From an uncultured bacterium (lineage in GTDB: Bacteria; JAJVIF01; JAPKYR01), in assembly GCA_965369865.1 (NCBI GenBank), contig CBDURU010000077.1, forward strand, positions 1 to 17,696: 17,696 bases of DNA. Direction: 5' to 3'. A program made the translations under genes and the position numbers. The notes under the pieces were generated by a model that was not told where the DNA came from, ran no database searches, and saw nothing but the letters and a program-made list of their open reading frames with translations. Shown here piece by piece: positions 7,625-16,736 of the stretch (positions are counted from its first letter, which is position 1; each line of letters starts with the position of its first letter).

Positions 7625-8068
7625 ATGATTAACATATTCATTCTTATACTAACCTTGTTAACAGCTACCATTGCAATTCTAATGTATAACCTGTACAAGG
7701 CAGCAATCAAACGAGATGTAGATAGTCTTCGTTATGAGGTGATCAAAGATACTATATATGTAGACATTCTAGCAGCTGGTCTCCTAAGGGAAGATTATTT
7801 AAGAGGCGATAAAAGAGAAAATAGCTTAACCGTTAGGTTATTTGGTAAGATGCATGACATCATTACAAACTTCAACCACTATACAGCAATGGGCGGCAAG
7901 AGAGATAACGAAATTGACCTACATGTAGCAATGGCAGCACATAGCTATGATAGAATTGTTAATTGGGACTTGCTGGCAGATAATAAAAGATTTATGAGAC
8001 TTCAAGATAGATATGTGGAGACAGGAATCTCAGCTATCCCTAGAGACTGGACGAAGAATATGACTTGA
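7625..8068 (+). CDS. Hypothetical protein with N-terminal membrane anchor, AT-rich
   Basis: GGAGG at 7612-7616 precedes ATG 7625 (the ORF is open from 7592). Hydrophobic N-terminus INIFILILTLLTATIAILMY. About 35-38% GC in the lines counted. Confidence 0.7.
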   Translation: MINIFILILTLLTATIAILMYNLYKAAIKRDVDSLRYEVIKDTIYVDILAAGLLREDYLRGDKRENSLTVRLFGKMHDIITNFNHYTAMGGKRDNEIDLHVAMAAHSYDRIVNWDLLADNKRFMRLQDRYVETGISAIPRDWTKNMT

Positions 8069-8095
8069 CTATACTGTGCGACTTGCACCGGATCA

Positions 8096-8176
8096 GGGGA
8101 TTGACTCACTAATTTGCCGTCAATGTATTATTTCAACCTTTATTGATTTACCCGGCAAATTTGAGTGCCTGTCCCC
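8096..8176. repeat. REP-like inverted repeat pair (GGGGA...AATTTGCCG / CGGCAAATT...TGTCCCC) between convergent genes; may act as a bidirectional terminator
   Basis: Perfect 9-bp IR aatttgccg (8111-8119) / cggcaaatt (8153-8161), extended by ctca/tgag, gggga/tcccc and inner tcaat/attga. Confidence 0.7.
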
Positions 8177-8181
8177 GGTCT

Positions 8182-9393
8182 TCACTCGTACGTCACTGAT
8201 ATTGCCCGCTCCACCTCATCCGCAACCCTTTGCGCTTCCGATAATTCCTCCCCTGCCGTGATTATATAACCATGACGCTGGGTATCCATCACCGGCGAGA
8301 CAAGCTCATCGCCAGGCTTGATATAAAGGTCAGTTCTCACAACGCCGTGAATATTCTGTGCTTCTTCCAACCCTTTAATTTCCTTCACCTTTCCGGGAGG
8401 GAATAAAAGAAACCTCAGTACGCTGGCTTTTTCCAGAGTCCTTTCGACCGGACGCTCATCGCCAACGGCATACCGGACATTCGCTTCGAGAAGGTCGACA
8501 CCCGAGATCGCGGGTATTACATGGCTCGATGTCCCGCTGCCGCCGCCCCTGTTCGCCATCTCCACCAGGAAAATACCCTTCCCGGTGACAATCAGTTCAC
8601 CATGAATACTCCCGGCGGAAATCCCAAGCGCCTTAACAAGCGCATCGTACATCCGGTGAATTTCCTCATGTGTTTTACCCGGAAATGGTGCCGGGAAATC
8701 GAGATTCATCGCGATTATATGCGGTGGTGGCGTGTGCCTTTTTGCGGAAACCCCCAGGAGATGTGTTTCGCCGGCGTAGCGGCATCCCTCGACAGTAACC
8801 TCGATGCCGTCAAGGAATTCTTCGATCAGGATTCTCCCTTCGCCTGTGTATTCAAAAGCCTCCTCGATAGCCGGCACGAGTTCTTTACGGGAATCGACTT
8901 TCCGGACTCCCCTGCTTGCCTGGGAATCCGTTGGCTTTACTACACATGGAAGCCCGACACCTCCGGGAGCATCCTCGTGATCCTCCTCAATTGCCCGTTT
9001 ACCATCGTCAACCGATTCGCAGATTCTGTACTTCGGATTTTGCAGCCCGGCCAGCTTCGAAAGCTCCCGCATTCGGGCCTTGTTAGTCGTGTTGTATGCG
9101 GCTTCCGGTGAAGGGCCTGGAAGATTCAAGGCGGATGTGACTTTCGCGAGTGTGGGAACCGATATATCGGTCTGATCGGATACCACTCCGCAAACCCCGA
9201 TATCATCTGCAAGGGAAACAGCGCCTTCAACATCGGTTATATCGACAGCCTCGAAACGGTCGGCGATTTTCGCGCCGGGCGCATTGGGATCGCGATCGAT
9301 CGCTACCGCCCGGAATCCAAGTCTTTTGACAGTCTCTATCAGGGGAATCTGCCAGTAACCGGCAGCAATGACTAGCACCCACCGGTTCGGCAT
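8182..9393 (-). CDS. ATP-grasp domain protein (L-amino-acid ligase-like)
   Basis: NKARMRE, PCVVKPTDSQASRGV, ILIEEFLDGIEVTVE, HGEL...FLVEMANRGGG and a C-terminal PPGKV..I-G...RHGYII (LAL_C2-like) segment. Confidence 0.9.
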   Translation of the reverse strand: MPNRWVLVIAAGYWQIPLIETVKRLGFRAVAIDRDPNAPGAKIADRFEAVDITDVEGAVSLADDIGVCGVVSDQTDISVPTLAKVTSALNLPGPSPEAAYNTTNKARMRELSKLAGLQNPKYRICESVDDGKRAIEEDHEDAPGGVGLPCVVKPTDSQASRGVRKVDSRKELVPAIEEAFEYTGEGRILIEEFLDGIEVTVEGCRYAGETHLLGVSAKRHTPPPHIIAMNLDFPAPFPGKTHEEIHRMYDALVKALGISAGSIHGELIVTGKGIFLVEMANRGGGSGTSSHVIPAISGVDLLEANVRYAVGDERPVERTLEKASVLRFLLFPPGKVKEIKGLEEAQNIHGVVRTDLYIKPGDELVSPVMDTQRHGYIITAGEELSEAQRVADEVERAISVTYE

Positions 9394-9396
9394 CGA

Positions 9397-10140
9397 TTAG
9401 TCATCCTCCCCGTCATCCGTGGTTTCATCTTCAGATTCGCTGTCTGTCTCCTCGGGATTTTCATTTACAGCCCGGTTTTCGGCTTCCTGGCGCCGGGCAT
9501 CGATTTCAGCCTGCCGTATTTTGTATTCTTCCGCCAGGGTTTCCGCTTCTTCCCCCGACACCCACATTCCGACCGGGTTCATACCAGGAGGTGTATCCAG
9601 GAGCGTGGTTAAAATTATCTGAACCGCATTATGCCCACTGTATTCCTTTATCATCACCTTCAACCCGCCATGCGGGCCATCCCCTGAATTTACCCACAAC
9701 GCTGTCTGCCGACTTCCATCACTGTCCTGGCTCTCGATTGAGTTTACGTTGTATTCCAGAACATCCTCCTCATTCGGTTCCTGTTCGACGTACTTCAGAA
9801 AATCATGATAGTACTGTTCGATAGCCATATACGGTGCGCGGGTGATATACGACTCGCGGTACTCGTTTGATCCTCCCGGTACATTGATTTTCTGAGCACC
9901 CGGGAAAATCGGCGCAAGGTCGGGATTGTGTGAAGATTCCCTTTCATCAGCCTCATTGTAAATCGGACTTCCATTATCATCGACAAAACCACGGGTCGGT
10001 TGCTCGGCGGACCCCTCTTCAAGGACAACCGGTTCCTCATCGGTACCCGATGGCTCATCGGGAGGGGCATTACATCCCACCAGCAGCGTAAATCCAACCG
10101 CGATTGTTATAAGAAACATAATTGACAGGAAATTTTTCAT
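9397..10140 (-). CDS. Acidic lipoprotein of unknown function
   Basis: Signal peptide with lipobox LLVG-C, and a D/E-rich N-terminal linker and tail. It ends 3 bp before the ATP-grasp start, suggesting an operon. ATG 10140 is preferred over GTG 10149. Confidence 0.8.
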   Translation of the reverse strand: MKNFLSIMFLITIAVGFTLLVGCNAPPDEPSGTDEEPVVLEEGSAEQPTRGFVDDNGSPIYNEADERESSHNPDLAPIFPGAQKINVPGGSNEYRESYITRAPYMAIEQYYHDFLKYVEQEPNEEDVLEYNVNSIESQDSDGSRQTALWVNSGDGPHGGLKVMIKEYSGHNAVQIILTTLLDTPPGMNPVGMWVSGEEAETLAEEYKIRQAEIDARRQEAENRAVNENPEETDSESEDETTDDGEDD

Positions 10141-10182
10141 AACGTACACCCTTTATATATCATAACAGGTATTATACTCCAT

Positions 10183-12603
10183 GTGTTCTGGCCAATGTAC
10201 CGTATGCGGGTTCAAATAAAGGGAGTTGTCCAGGGGGTCGGCTTCCGGCCTTTCGTGCACTCACTCGCCCGTCATTTCAATTTGAATGGCTGGGTTATTA
10301 ATGATTCGCGCGGTGTGGAAATAGAAGTCGATGGGGCACGCGAAAATCTTGACCTGTTTCTTGACGCTATTACTCATGAATCCCCGCCGCTCGCCCAGAT
10401 CGTAAAAATTGAAACCTCGTTCTCCCAAATCTCGGCTGGTGATTCGTTCAAAAATTTCGAAATTCGGCATAGCGTTTATTCAGATGGCGAGAGGGTCTTA
10501 ATCAGCCCCGATGTCGCTGTCTGCGGCGACTGCATACGCGAGATGTATGATCCGGATGATCGCAGGTACAGGTACCCTTTCCTGAACTGCACGAACTGCG
10601 GACCGAGATTCACTATCATTGAGGATATCCCGTACGATCGCCCGAAAACCGTAATGCGTGAATTCCCGATGTGCGATAAGTGCACCGCTGAGTACAGCAA
10701 TCCATCTGATCGAAGGTTCCACGCACAACCGACATGCTGCTCGGACTGTGGTCCCGCGCTGCAATTTCTTGATGAAAATGGGAATGAGACCATCGGGGAT
10801 CCGATTGAGAATACGATCCGGAAATTACTTGATGGGAAAATTGTTGCGATTAAAGGCATCGGCGGGTTCCATCTCGCATGTGATGCCCTGAATAAACAGG
10901 CGGTAAAAAGGCTGAGGGAACGTAAACATCGCGAGGCCAGACCACTCGCCGTGATGGTCGGGGGGATTTCATCGGCCAGGCGGATTGCAGTAATCAATGA
11001 AGATGGTGAAAAGGCACTCTGTTCTCCGGCAAGGCCGATTGTCATTGTCAATGAAAATCCCGAATCGCCGATTGCGGGTGGTGACGTTTACAGCGTCTCA
11101 GGAGGGGTTCGAACGATTGGAATTATGCTTCCATATGCCCCGCTGCATTATCTTCTTTTCAGGCCATTACCAGTCACCCAACCCGATAATCAATCAAAAA
11201 TTACATTTCCCGAGGAAATCGGCGGGTCCTCAAATCCCGAATTTGATACATTCCATGCACTTGTTATGACCAGCGGGAATCTCTCGGATGAGCCGATCGC
11301 ATTCGATAACTCCGAAGCGATAGAACGGTTGAAAGGAATCGCTGACGGTTTCCTGTTGAATAACAGGAAGATACACCGTCGCGCGGACGATTCGGTAGCC
11401 GCTATCCGCGACGGGGTTACAACAATCTGGCGATGGGGCAGGGGTCATGTCCCAAGGCCGATTTTTCTCCCGGAATCCCTGCCCGGCGTTCTTGGTGTCG
11501 GGCCGGGACTTAAAAATACCATATGTCACATTCGCGATGACAAAGCGTTTCTGTCGCCCCATATCGGGGATTTAAAGACATACGAAACCTACGAATACCT
11601 CCGGGAAACGATCGAGCACCAGTCGAGAATTCTCGATGTGAAACCTGAATGTGTTGCCTGCGACTTGCATCCGGATTACCAGTCCACACGGTGGGCCGAA
11701 CAGGAAAGCGGGCTTCCGGTTATTAAGGTTCAGCATCATCACGCGCATACTGTCGCGTTGATGGCCGAGCACGGCATCCTTGATCGGGAAATCCTGGCAC
11801 TGGCGATGGACGGTACCGGGCTGGGTACCGATGGAGCGATCTGGGGCGGGGAAATCCTTCGCGCAACGGCCACTGAATTTTCCCGGCTCGGCCATTTCAC
11901 ATATGCTCCGCTGCCGGGAGGGGATACCGCGGTTAAGGGAGTATGGCGATCGGCACTCGGACGTTTATATCGTGATGGATCGGGTCTGGATGAAGAGTTT
12001 CGGCCTCTGTTTGACGGAATTCCGCCGGACCAGATCGCGATGGTGGAGAGCATGATTAAGGTCGACGTGAATTGCCCGAAGGTTTGCAGCCTCGGAAGGC
12101 TGTTTGATGTAGCGGCGTTTATCGCGGGAATCGGGCATTCCGCTCAGTTCGATGGCCAGTTTCCAATGCTCCTTGAAGCAGCGTGCGACGGGCATATCGA
12201 TTTGAAAGCAAGGGTCGAACAGAAAATATTTTCACTGGCTGACGAAGTTGTAAAAATAGTGGATGGGGATGTTTTAATAGATGGAAACGAAATCATAAGT
12301 GCGCTTTGCGAAATGCGCCTGAAAAAATCGTCAACGCGGAATATTGCCCGGTTTACCCATCGCCTTGTTGTGATTGTCCTCGAAAAAGCCTCAATCTATG
12401 CGCGTTCGGAAACAGGGCTTGAAACGATCGGTTTGACAGGTGGATGTTTCATGAACAGGCTTCTCCACGAGGAATTAAAATCCAGGCTTGAACGTGCAGG
12501 TTTCGAAGTTCTTACGCATCGCTTAATCCCTGCAAACGATGGCGGCATTTCACTCGGTCAGGCAGTATGCGCGGGGTATAAAATTAAAGACCGCATTAAA
12601 TGA
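10183..12603 (+). CDS. hypF: Carbamoyltransferase HypF ([NiFe]-hydrogenase maturation)
   Basis: Acylphosphatase domain GVVQGVGFRPFV, two Zn fingers (CGDC/CTNC, CDKC/CSDC), RRFHAQP, KGIGGFHL, LVMTSGN, DLHPDY, VQHHHAH, DGTG-G-DG-IWGGE, SLGRLFD and PANDGGISLGQ. The true start may be ATG 10195. Confidence 0.97.
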   Translation: MFWPMYRMRVQIKGVVQGVGFRPFVHSLARHFNLNGWVINDSRGVEIEVDGARENLDLFLDAITHESPPLAQIVKIETSFSQISAGDSFKNFEIRHSVYSDGERVLISPDVAVCGDCIREMYDPDDRRYRYPFLNCTNCGPRFTIIEDIPYDRPKTVMREFPMCDKCTAEYSNPSDRRFHAQPTCCSDCGPALQFLDENGNETIGDPIENTIRKLLDGKIVAIKGIGGFHLACDALNKQAVKRLRERKHREARPLAVMVGGISSARRIAVINEDGEKALCSPARPIVIVNENPESPIAGGDVYSVSGGVRTIGIMLPYAPLHYLLFRPLPVTQPDNQSKITFPEEIGGSSNPEFDTFHALVMTSGNLSDEPIAFDNSEAIERLKGIADGFLLNNRKIHRRADDSVAAIRDGVTTIWRWGRGHVPRPIFLPESLPGVLGVGPGLKNTICHIRDDKAFLSPHIGDLKTYETYEYLRETIEHQSRILDVKPECVACDLHPDYQSTRWAEQESGLPVIKVQHHHAHTVALMAEHGILDREILALAMDGTGLGTDGAIWGGEILRATATEFSRLGHFTYAPLPGGDTAVKGVWRSALGRLYRDGSGLDEEFRPLFDGIPPDQIAMVESMIKVDVNCPKVCSLGRLFDVAAFIAGIGHSAQFDGQFPMLLEAACDGHIDLKARVEQKIFSLADEVVKIVDGDVLIDGNEIISALCEMRLKKSSTRNIARFTHRLVVIVLEKASIYARSETGLETIGLTGGCFMNRLLHEELKSRLERAGFEVLTHRLIPANDGGISLGQAVCAGYKIKDRIK

Positions 12604-12731
12604 CCTTCACTCCGATCGAACAGCGAATACAACCCCCTGTACAAATTTGTGGTTGATCCTCTATACAAAACAACCGTGAATATTGTACTGTTGACAGGAA
12701 TTGCATTGCCCCATATTTAGGAGGGAGAAAA

Positions 12732-15257
12732 ATGCATCGCTCACCAGGTTACCTGCTCCTTGCAATCCTTATCCTCCTGTTTCTTCCAGGAGCACCATTA
12801 CCCATTAATCCACAATCGATTCAAGCCCAGGTCGATGGGGGATACTTGATCCTGAATGAAATCAGCCCCTGGCCGTCCGATGGCAATGTCTGGGTGGAGC
12901 TGGTAAATCCATCCAGCATTGAAATTCCACTGGATGGTTACACAGTGGAATTTCTATCAGGTTTTTCGTACACCTTTCCTGAAAATTCCAGGATTCTTGA
13001 AAGCGGGGATGTACATCTTTTAAGATTAACCGGTGGCAACCCCTTAAACACTACAGGCGATGGCTGTATGCTGTCCAATCCGGATGGTCCGGTTGATGCA
13101 GTGACATGGGGATATCCACCTTCAGGGATCGCGGCCACGATTCCGTCCGGTTCCCCGCTGATGCCGCCTACCGAGATATATCGCGAGGATATCGACTTGT
13201 TTCAGCCCGATGATGTCCTGATTCGAATCCCCGGTACATGGCCGCCAACGATTCAAAATTATGTCGGGACCTCTAACTGGGCATATCGTTCGTCCGATTC
13301 AGCAAGCCCGAATGAACCCAATCCAATGCCCGGACCAACACGGTTTTTCCCCGGAGATGGTGCGGTGATTGCGTCGGATTTCGGATTGTACGCGGCAGGC
13401 CTTAGCTGGGCGACTGAATTTACATTCCAAATTGCTCTTGATGAAGAATTCACTGAAATTGTCCTTGAAGAAACAGTTGATGTACCTGAGCTGATCCTTC
13501 AAGACTTTGAACCCGGTGATTACTTCTGGAGGGTGATGGGAAGCGGAACTGAACCCGGCTCATGGAGCGCGGTACAATCGTTCACCAGATTCCCTGTCGA
13601 TATAGATGCCCTTATAGAAGAAGCTGAAAACCGGACAGGATCTTCAGAGCAATCGGCAAATTCCCTGCTTGCCATGCACAAAGGTGGGGAAATTATTGAC
13701 CTTCCGATCTATGGCGAGAGTTACCGGCTTGGGAGTTACCATGTAATAGGAGCCCATCATCTTGTCCAGCATAAAGACACTGACATGCTTTGTATCGATG
13801 GCTGCAATATGGCAGACAGGTATCCCTGGGATGCTGCTCATCCGGAAGAATTGCCATTAAGAGGTGGGCATAACGAAAATTACTGTTCACGTGCAACGCT
13901 GGCTATGATTGCAAATCTCTCAGGCAATCAACTCAGCCAGGACCGCATCAGCTACCATATATTTGAAGAAATGGGGGACATGTACCTGGGAGGCAGCGTA
14001 AAGGGCTTGTGGGGTGTTCCGGACGATGATCTCGGTCATGGAGTTGGTTTGTATCTTGAAGACGCTGTCAAGGCGCTGGACTGGATATATGGCCAGCCCA
14101 CAGGGTCCGCCGAATTTAAGTCTAAAAACTCTACAACGTTTAATGAAATTTCCGAATTCCTCGATGATGGCAGGCCGCTCATACGACATGAGACTTCTCA
14201 TGTCAACCTGATCGACGGCTACGCGTTCCTCCTGAAAATTGACGACCCCAGTGTCGAAGTGACCTTTGTCAGGATTCTTGAGCCATCATTTATTGGATGG
14301 GAGGCTGAAATGTGGCAAATCCATCCTTTCCAGGAAAACCTTATCGGTTACATCTTCCCACCAACTGTTGGAGCCCCGATTCGCAGTGATGAAGTCGAAT
14401 TGTATCTCGATTCCGACCACGACGGCATAAATGATTTCGATGAATCGGAAAGATTCGGTACCGACCCAAATAATCCTGACACCGATATGGATGGTGTCCG
14501 TGACAAATCCGATATTGTAGGCTACGTGTTTACCCGTGATGGAAATTTCGATCCCAGTGATCCCGATATTGACGGCGATGGTGCATGGAAACAGGTGGAT
14601 CCCGACAACGACTGGGCCGATGACGATGGAATGATGGACGGTTGCGAGGATTCTAATTCAAACGGTTTCTACGATCCCGGTTGGGACGAGACGAATTGTT
14701 TTGTTAACGGGGATGATTTCGACAAGTTCCACTCGGAATGCCAGAAGGGCTGGGTCCGTAATGAATATATCAACGATGTACATTTCCCTGATATGGATCT
14801 CTGGTTAAACTGGTGGGAGGTAATTTCAATCGAAGATGAACCACTCGCGTTTGAAGGATATATTCACAAGCATGTCTGGCAGCTCATCTATGACGTCGAT
14901 CTAAATGACCTTCTTTTCGATGTGGTTGAAGGAGGACAGGGTCTTGCCAGGGTAAAGTTGGAAGCAGATCCGGATGGCCAGTATTACCTGGTTATTGATG
15001 TCCAGCCACCCCTGGATATAATTGAGGCGATTACGAGAATGCCATCAATTGGCATCTATGCCAGCGCGTTTATGCCACAGCAATTTTATTTCACGGGTGA
15101 CCTGAGACATCCAATTGGTGAACCTGTCCGAAACGAACAGGGAGCACTTGTGCTTAAGGGCGAATTTGAACCATACCTGGCTTTCGGCATACCGGTCACA
15201 CCCGGATGTACGCAGGTGTTCAGTTGGGAAGTCTGGATCGAACCCCCACCGCAGTAA
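12732..15257 (+). CDS. Secreted multidomain protein: lamin-tail-like domain, FN3/Ig-like domain, C39-like cysteine peptidase and Ca-binding DxDxDG (TSP3-like) repeats
   Basis: GGAGG RBS and a signal peptide. LILNEI...WVELVNP...LDGY...ASPNEPN indicates LTD; FQIALDEEF...YFWRV...WS indicates FN3-like. NYCSRATLAM, GRPL, HVNLIDGY and ILEP indicate the peptidase. The repeats are DSDHDGIND, GTDPNNPDTDMDG and DIDGDG. Confidence 0.8.
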   Translation: MHRSPGYLLLAILILLFLPGAPLPINPQSIQAQVDGGYLILNEISPWPSDGNVWVELVNPSSIEIPLDGYTVEFLSGFSYTFPENSRILESGDVHLLRLTGGNPLNTTGDGCMLSNPDGPVDAVTWGYPPSGIAATIPSGSPLMPPTEIYREDIDLFQPDDVLIRIPGTWPPTIQNYVGTSNWAYRSSDSASPNEPNPMPGPTRFFPGDGAVIASDFGLYAAGLSWATEFTFQIALDEEFTEIVLEETVDVPELILQDFEPGDYFWRVMGSGTEPGSWSAVQSFTRFPVDIDALIEEAENRTGSSEQSANSLLAMHKGGEIIDLPIYGESYRLGSYHVIGAHHLVQHKDTDMLCIDGCNMADRYPWDAAHPEELPLRGGHNENYCSRATLAMIANLSGNQLSQDRISYHIFEEMGDMYLGGSVKGLWGVPDDDLGHGVGLYLEDAVKALDWIYGQPTGSAEFKSKNSTTFNEISEFLDDGRPLIRHETSHVNLIDGYAFLLKIDDPSVEVTFVRILEPSFIGWEAEMWQIHPFQENLIGYIFPPTVGAPIRSDEVELYLDSDHDGINDFDESERFGTDPNNPDTDMDGVRDKSDIVGYVFTRDGNFDPSDPDIDGDGAWKQVDPDNDWADDDGMMDGCEDSNSNGFYDPGWDETNCFVNGDDFDKFHSECQKGWVRNEYINDVHFPDMDLWLNWWEVISIEDEPLAFEGYIHKHVWQLIYDVDLNDLLFDVVEGGQGLARVKLEADPDGQYYLVIDVQPPLDIIEAITRMPSIGIYASAFMPQQFYFTGDLRHPIGEPVRNEQGALVLKGEFEPYLAFGIPVTPGCTQVFSWEVWIEPPPQ

Positions 15258-15302
15258 GTGTAATTTCTTTTCTTGAAAATCCTGCCCTAAAGATTAATAA
15301 TA

Positions 15303-15331
15303 TTGTATTATTTACTATAGTATGGTATAAT
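15303..15331 (+). promoter_or_regulatory. Sigma70 promoter with extended -10 upstream of the tadG-like gene
   Basis: TTGTAT (15303-15308), 17-bp spacer, TATAAT (15326-15331) preceded by TG (15323-15324), in an AT-rich context. Confidence 0.65.
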
Positions 15332-15530
15332 ACAAACTGGTAGTTTCCAGGCTTCCTCAAATTCCCTGGGGTTTGCCTGGTGATTTTATTAAAACTAAAC
15401 TCGTAGCCATTATTTAAATACCAATCTTTCTGGAGAACTAAAGTGATTGTGGTTTTTGGTGTGTTTAAACATTTGTGCTTTTTACATTAAGTTATTTTGG
15501 AATTTATTAATTCTAAAAGGTGGCAAACTA

Positions 15531-16679
15531 ATGGCTTATAATATTGTGAAGAAAAACAAAAGAAATAGAATAAATGCCAGGGGCGAACGGGGTAGTACCT
15601 TTGTGATCTTTATTATTTCACTGGTCGCATTACTGGCCTCAGCCGGCCTGGTGATTGACTACGGAAGAGGTGTCTGGGTGAAAACCAGGCTTCAGAAGGC
15701 CGCCGATGCCGCTGCTCTGGCCGGGGCATCTGTTCTGCCGGATTTCAATATGGCCCAGGTTAAGGCGGAATCGGTCCTTTACGGGAATTTCCCTGACCCG
15801 GACGATGTCTCATTTATTGTCAACGGCAACCATTACTCTATTCATCTGGCAGAGACCGTTGATACACTCCTTATGAGGATTCTCGGTTATAACTCCATAG
15901 AGGTTACCGCGTCTGCGATGGCGTCCGGGCCGGAAACCGTGGGTGGCATGAATGGCGGTGTCTTCCCTTTCGCTATAATCAATCCAGATCTGAATAACGA
16001 CCCAGCGGATGACCTCACGCAGTGGAATTTTGGTAACCCATATATCATTGGGTACGGTGAGACTAACACCATGGTCGAAGACTGGGCCAATGGCTCGGAT
16101 CCCTGTCCTCCGCATTCTGGCGGCGGTGGTGGTAATGGAAACTCCCATGGATGGCGTGCCGCTCTCGATTTGAATCCTGACGGTACCCTTGATGGTAATG
16201 GCGCAAATGCTCTCAGAACCAACATTGAAAATGATTGGCCCGGGCAGATGGAAATTAATGATTTAATACCCATGGAATATGGAAACATGACCGGTCCGAT
16301 CAGCCAGGGTCGTTCGGCGAGGCTTGGTTCCAATCCTGTGTCGTGGGGTGATTTCGACATCAATACAAGTACTCATTCACCTCGAGTGGTCCTCGTAGCT
16401 ATTGTTCACCTGATCAACGAGAATCGTGGTGACGCTTACACTATTCAGGACTACAATAATGGTGCTGCATGGAATAACCAGGATGTAGTTGTCGATGGAT
16501 TCGCTCCTTTTTTCCTGCTTGCCCAGGGTGAATACGAACAGTACGTGCCAAATCACGGTAACTCAGGCGACTGGGTTGTCGGGTATTTTATTCCCGGTAC
16601 TGATACATCGCACTTTTTCGATCATGATGGATGGGAACCGGATTATGGCCTTTATACAACGCCAAGACTAGTTGAATAA
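15531..16679 (+). CDS. TadE/TadG-like Flp pilus assembly (pseudopilin) protein
   Basis: Prepilin-like ERG-hydrophobic helix followed by IDYG...RLQKAADAAALAGA, the Tad domain signature. AAAGGTGG RBS precedes ATG 15531 (the ORF is open from 15447). Confidence 0.85.
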   Translation: MAYNIVKKNKRNRINARGERGSTFVIFIISLVALLASAGLVIDYGRGVWVKTRLQKAADAAALAGASVLPDFNMAQVKAESVLYGNFPDPDDVSFIVNGNHYSIHLAETVDTLLMRILGYNSIEVTASAMASGPETVGGMNGGVFPFAIINPDLNNDPADDLTQWNFGNPYIIGYGETNTMVEDWANGSDPCPPHSGGGGGNGNSHGWRAALDLNPDGTLDGNGANALRTNIENDWPGQMEINDLIPMEYGNMTGPISQGRSARLGSNPVSWGDFDINTSTHSPRVVLVAIVHLINENRGDAYTIQDYNNGAAWNNQDVVVDGFAPFFLLAQGEYEQYVPNHGNSGDWVVGYFIPGTDTSHFFDHDGWEPDYGLYTTPRLVE

Positions 16680-16736
16680 CCTGGTAGGCGACGTAAGGAT
16701 TTTTTAAGATTGGAAAATGTTCCGGTTTGATGCATG

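Noticed and set aside
8069..8181. Integron attC site after the AT-rich gene
   Set aside because: No RYYYAAC/GTTRRRY ends bound the palindrome, and no integrase is present.
8521..9111. Long antisense or alternative-frame ORFs (e.g. 8521-9111, 10476-11051, 15887-16363, 1897-2268, 2720-2929)
   Set aside because: These are shadows of well-supported genes or repeats, with no protein motifs.
12689..12706. Sigma54 or sigma70 promoter at TTGACAGGAATTGCA
   Set aside because: It lacks the GG dinucleotide and GG-N10-GC spacing for sigma54. As a sigma70 -35, its -10 would be poor and would abut the RBS.
16684..16697. gtaggcgacgtaa resembling the 3' end of the 84-bp element
   Set aside because: Only an 8-nt match with no palindrome, which is compatible with chance.
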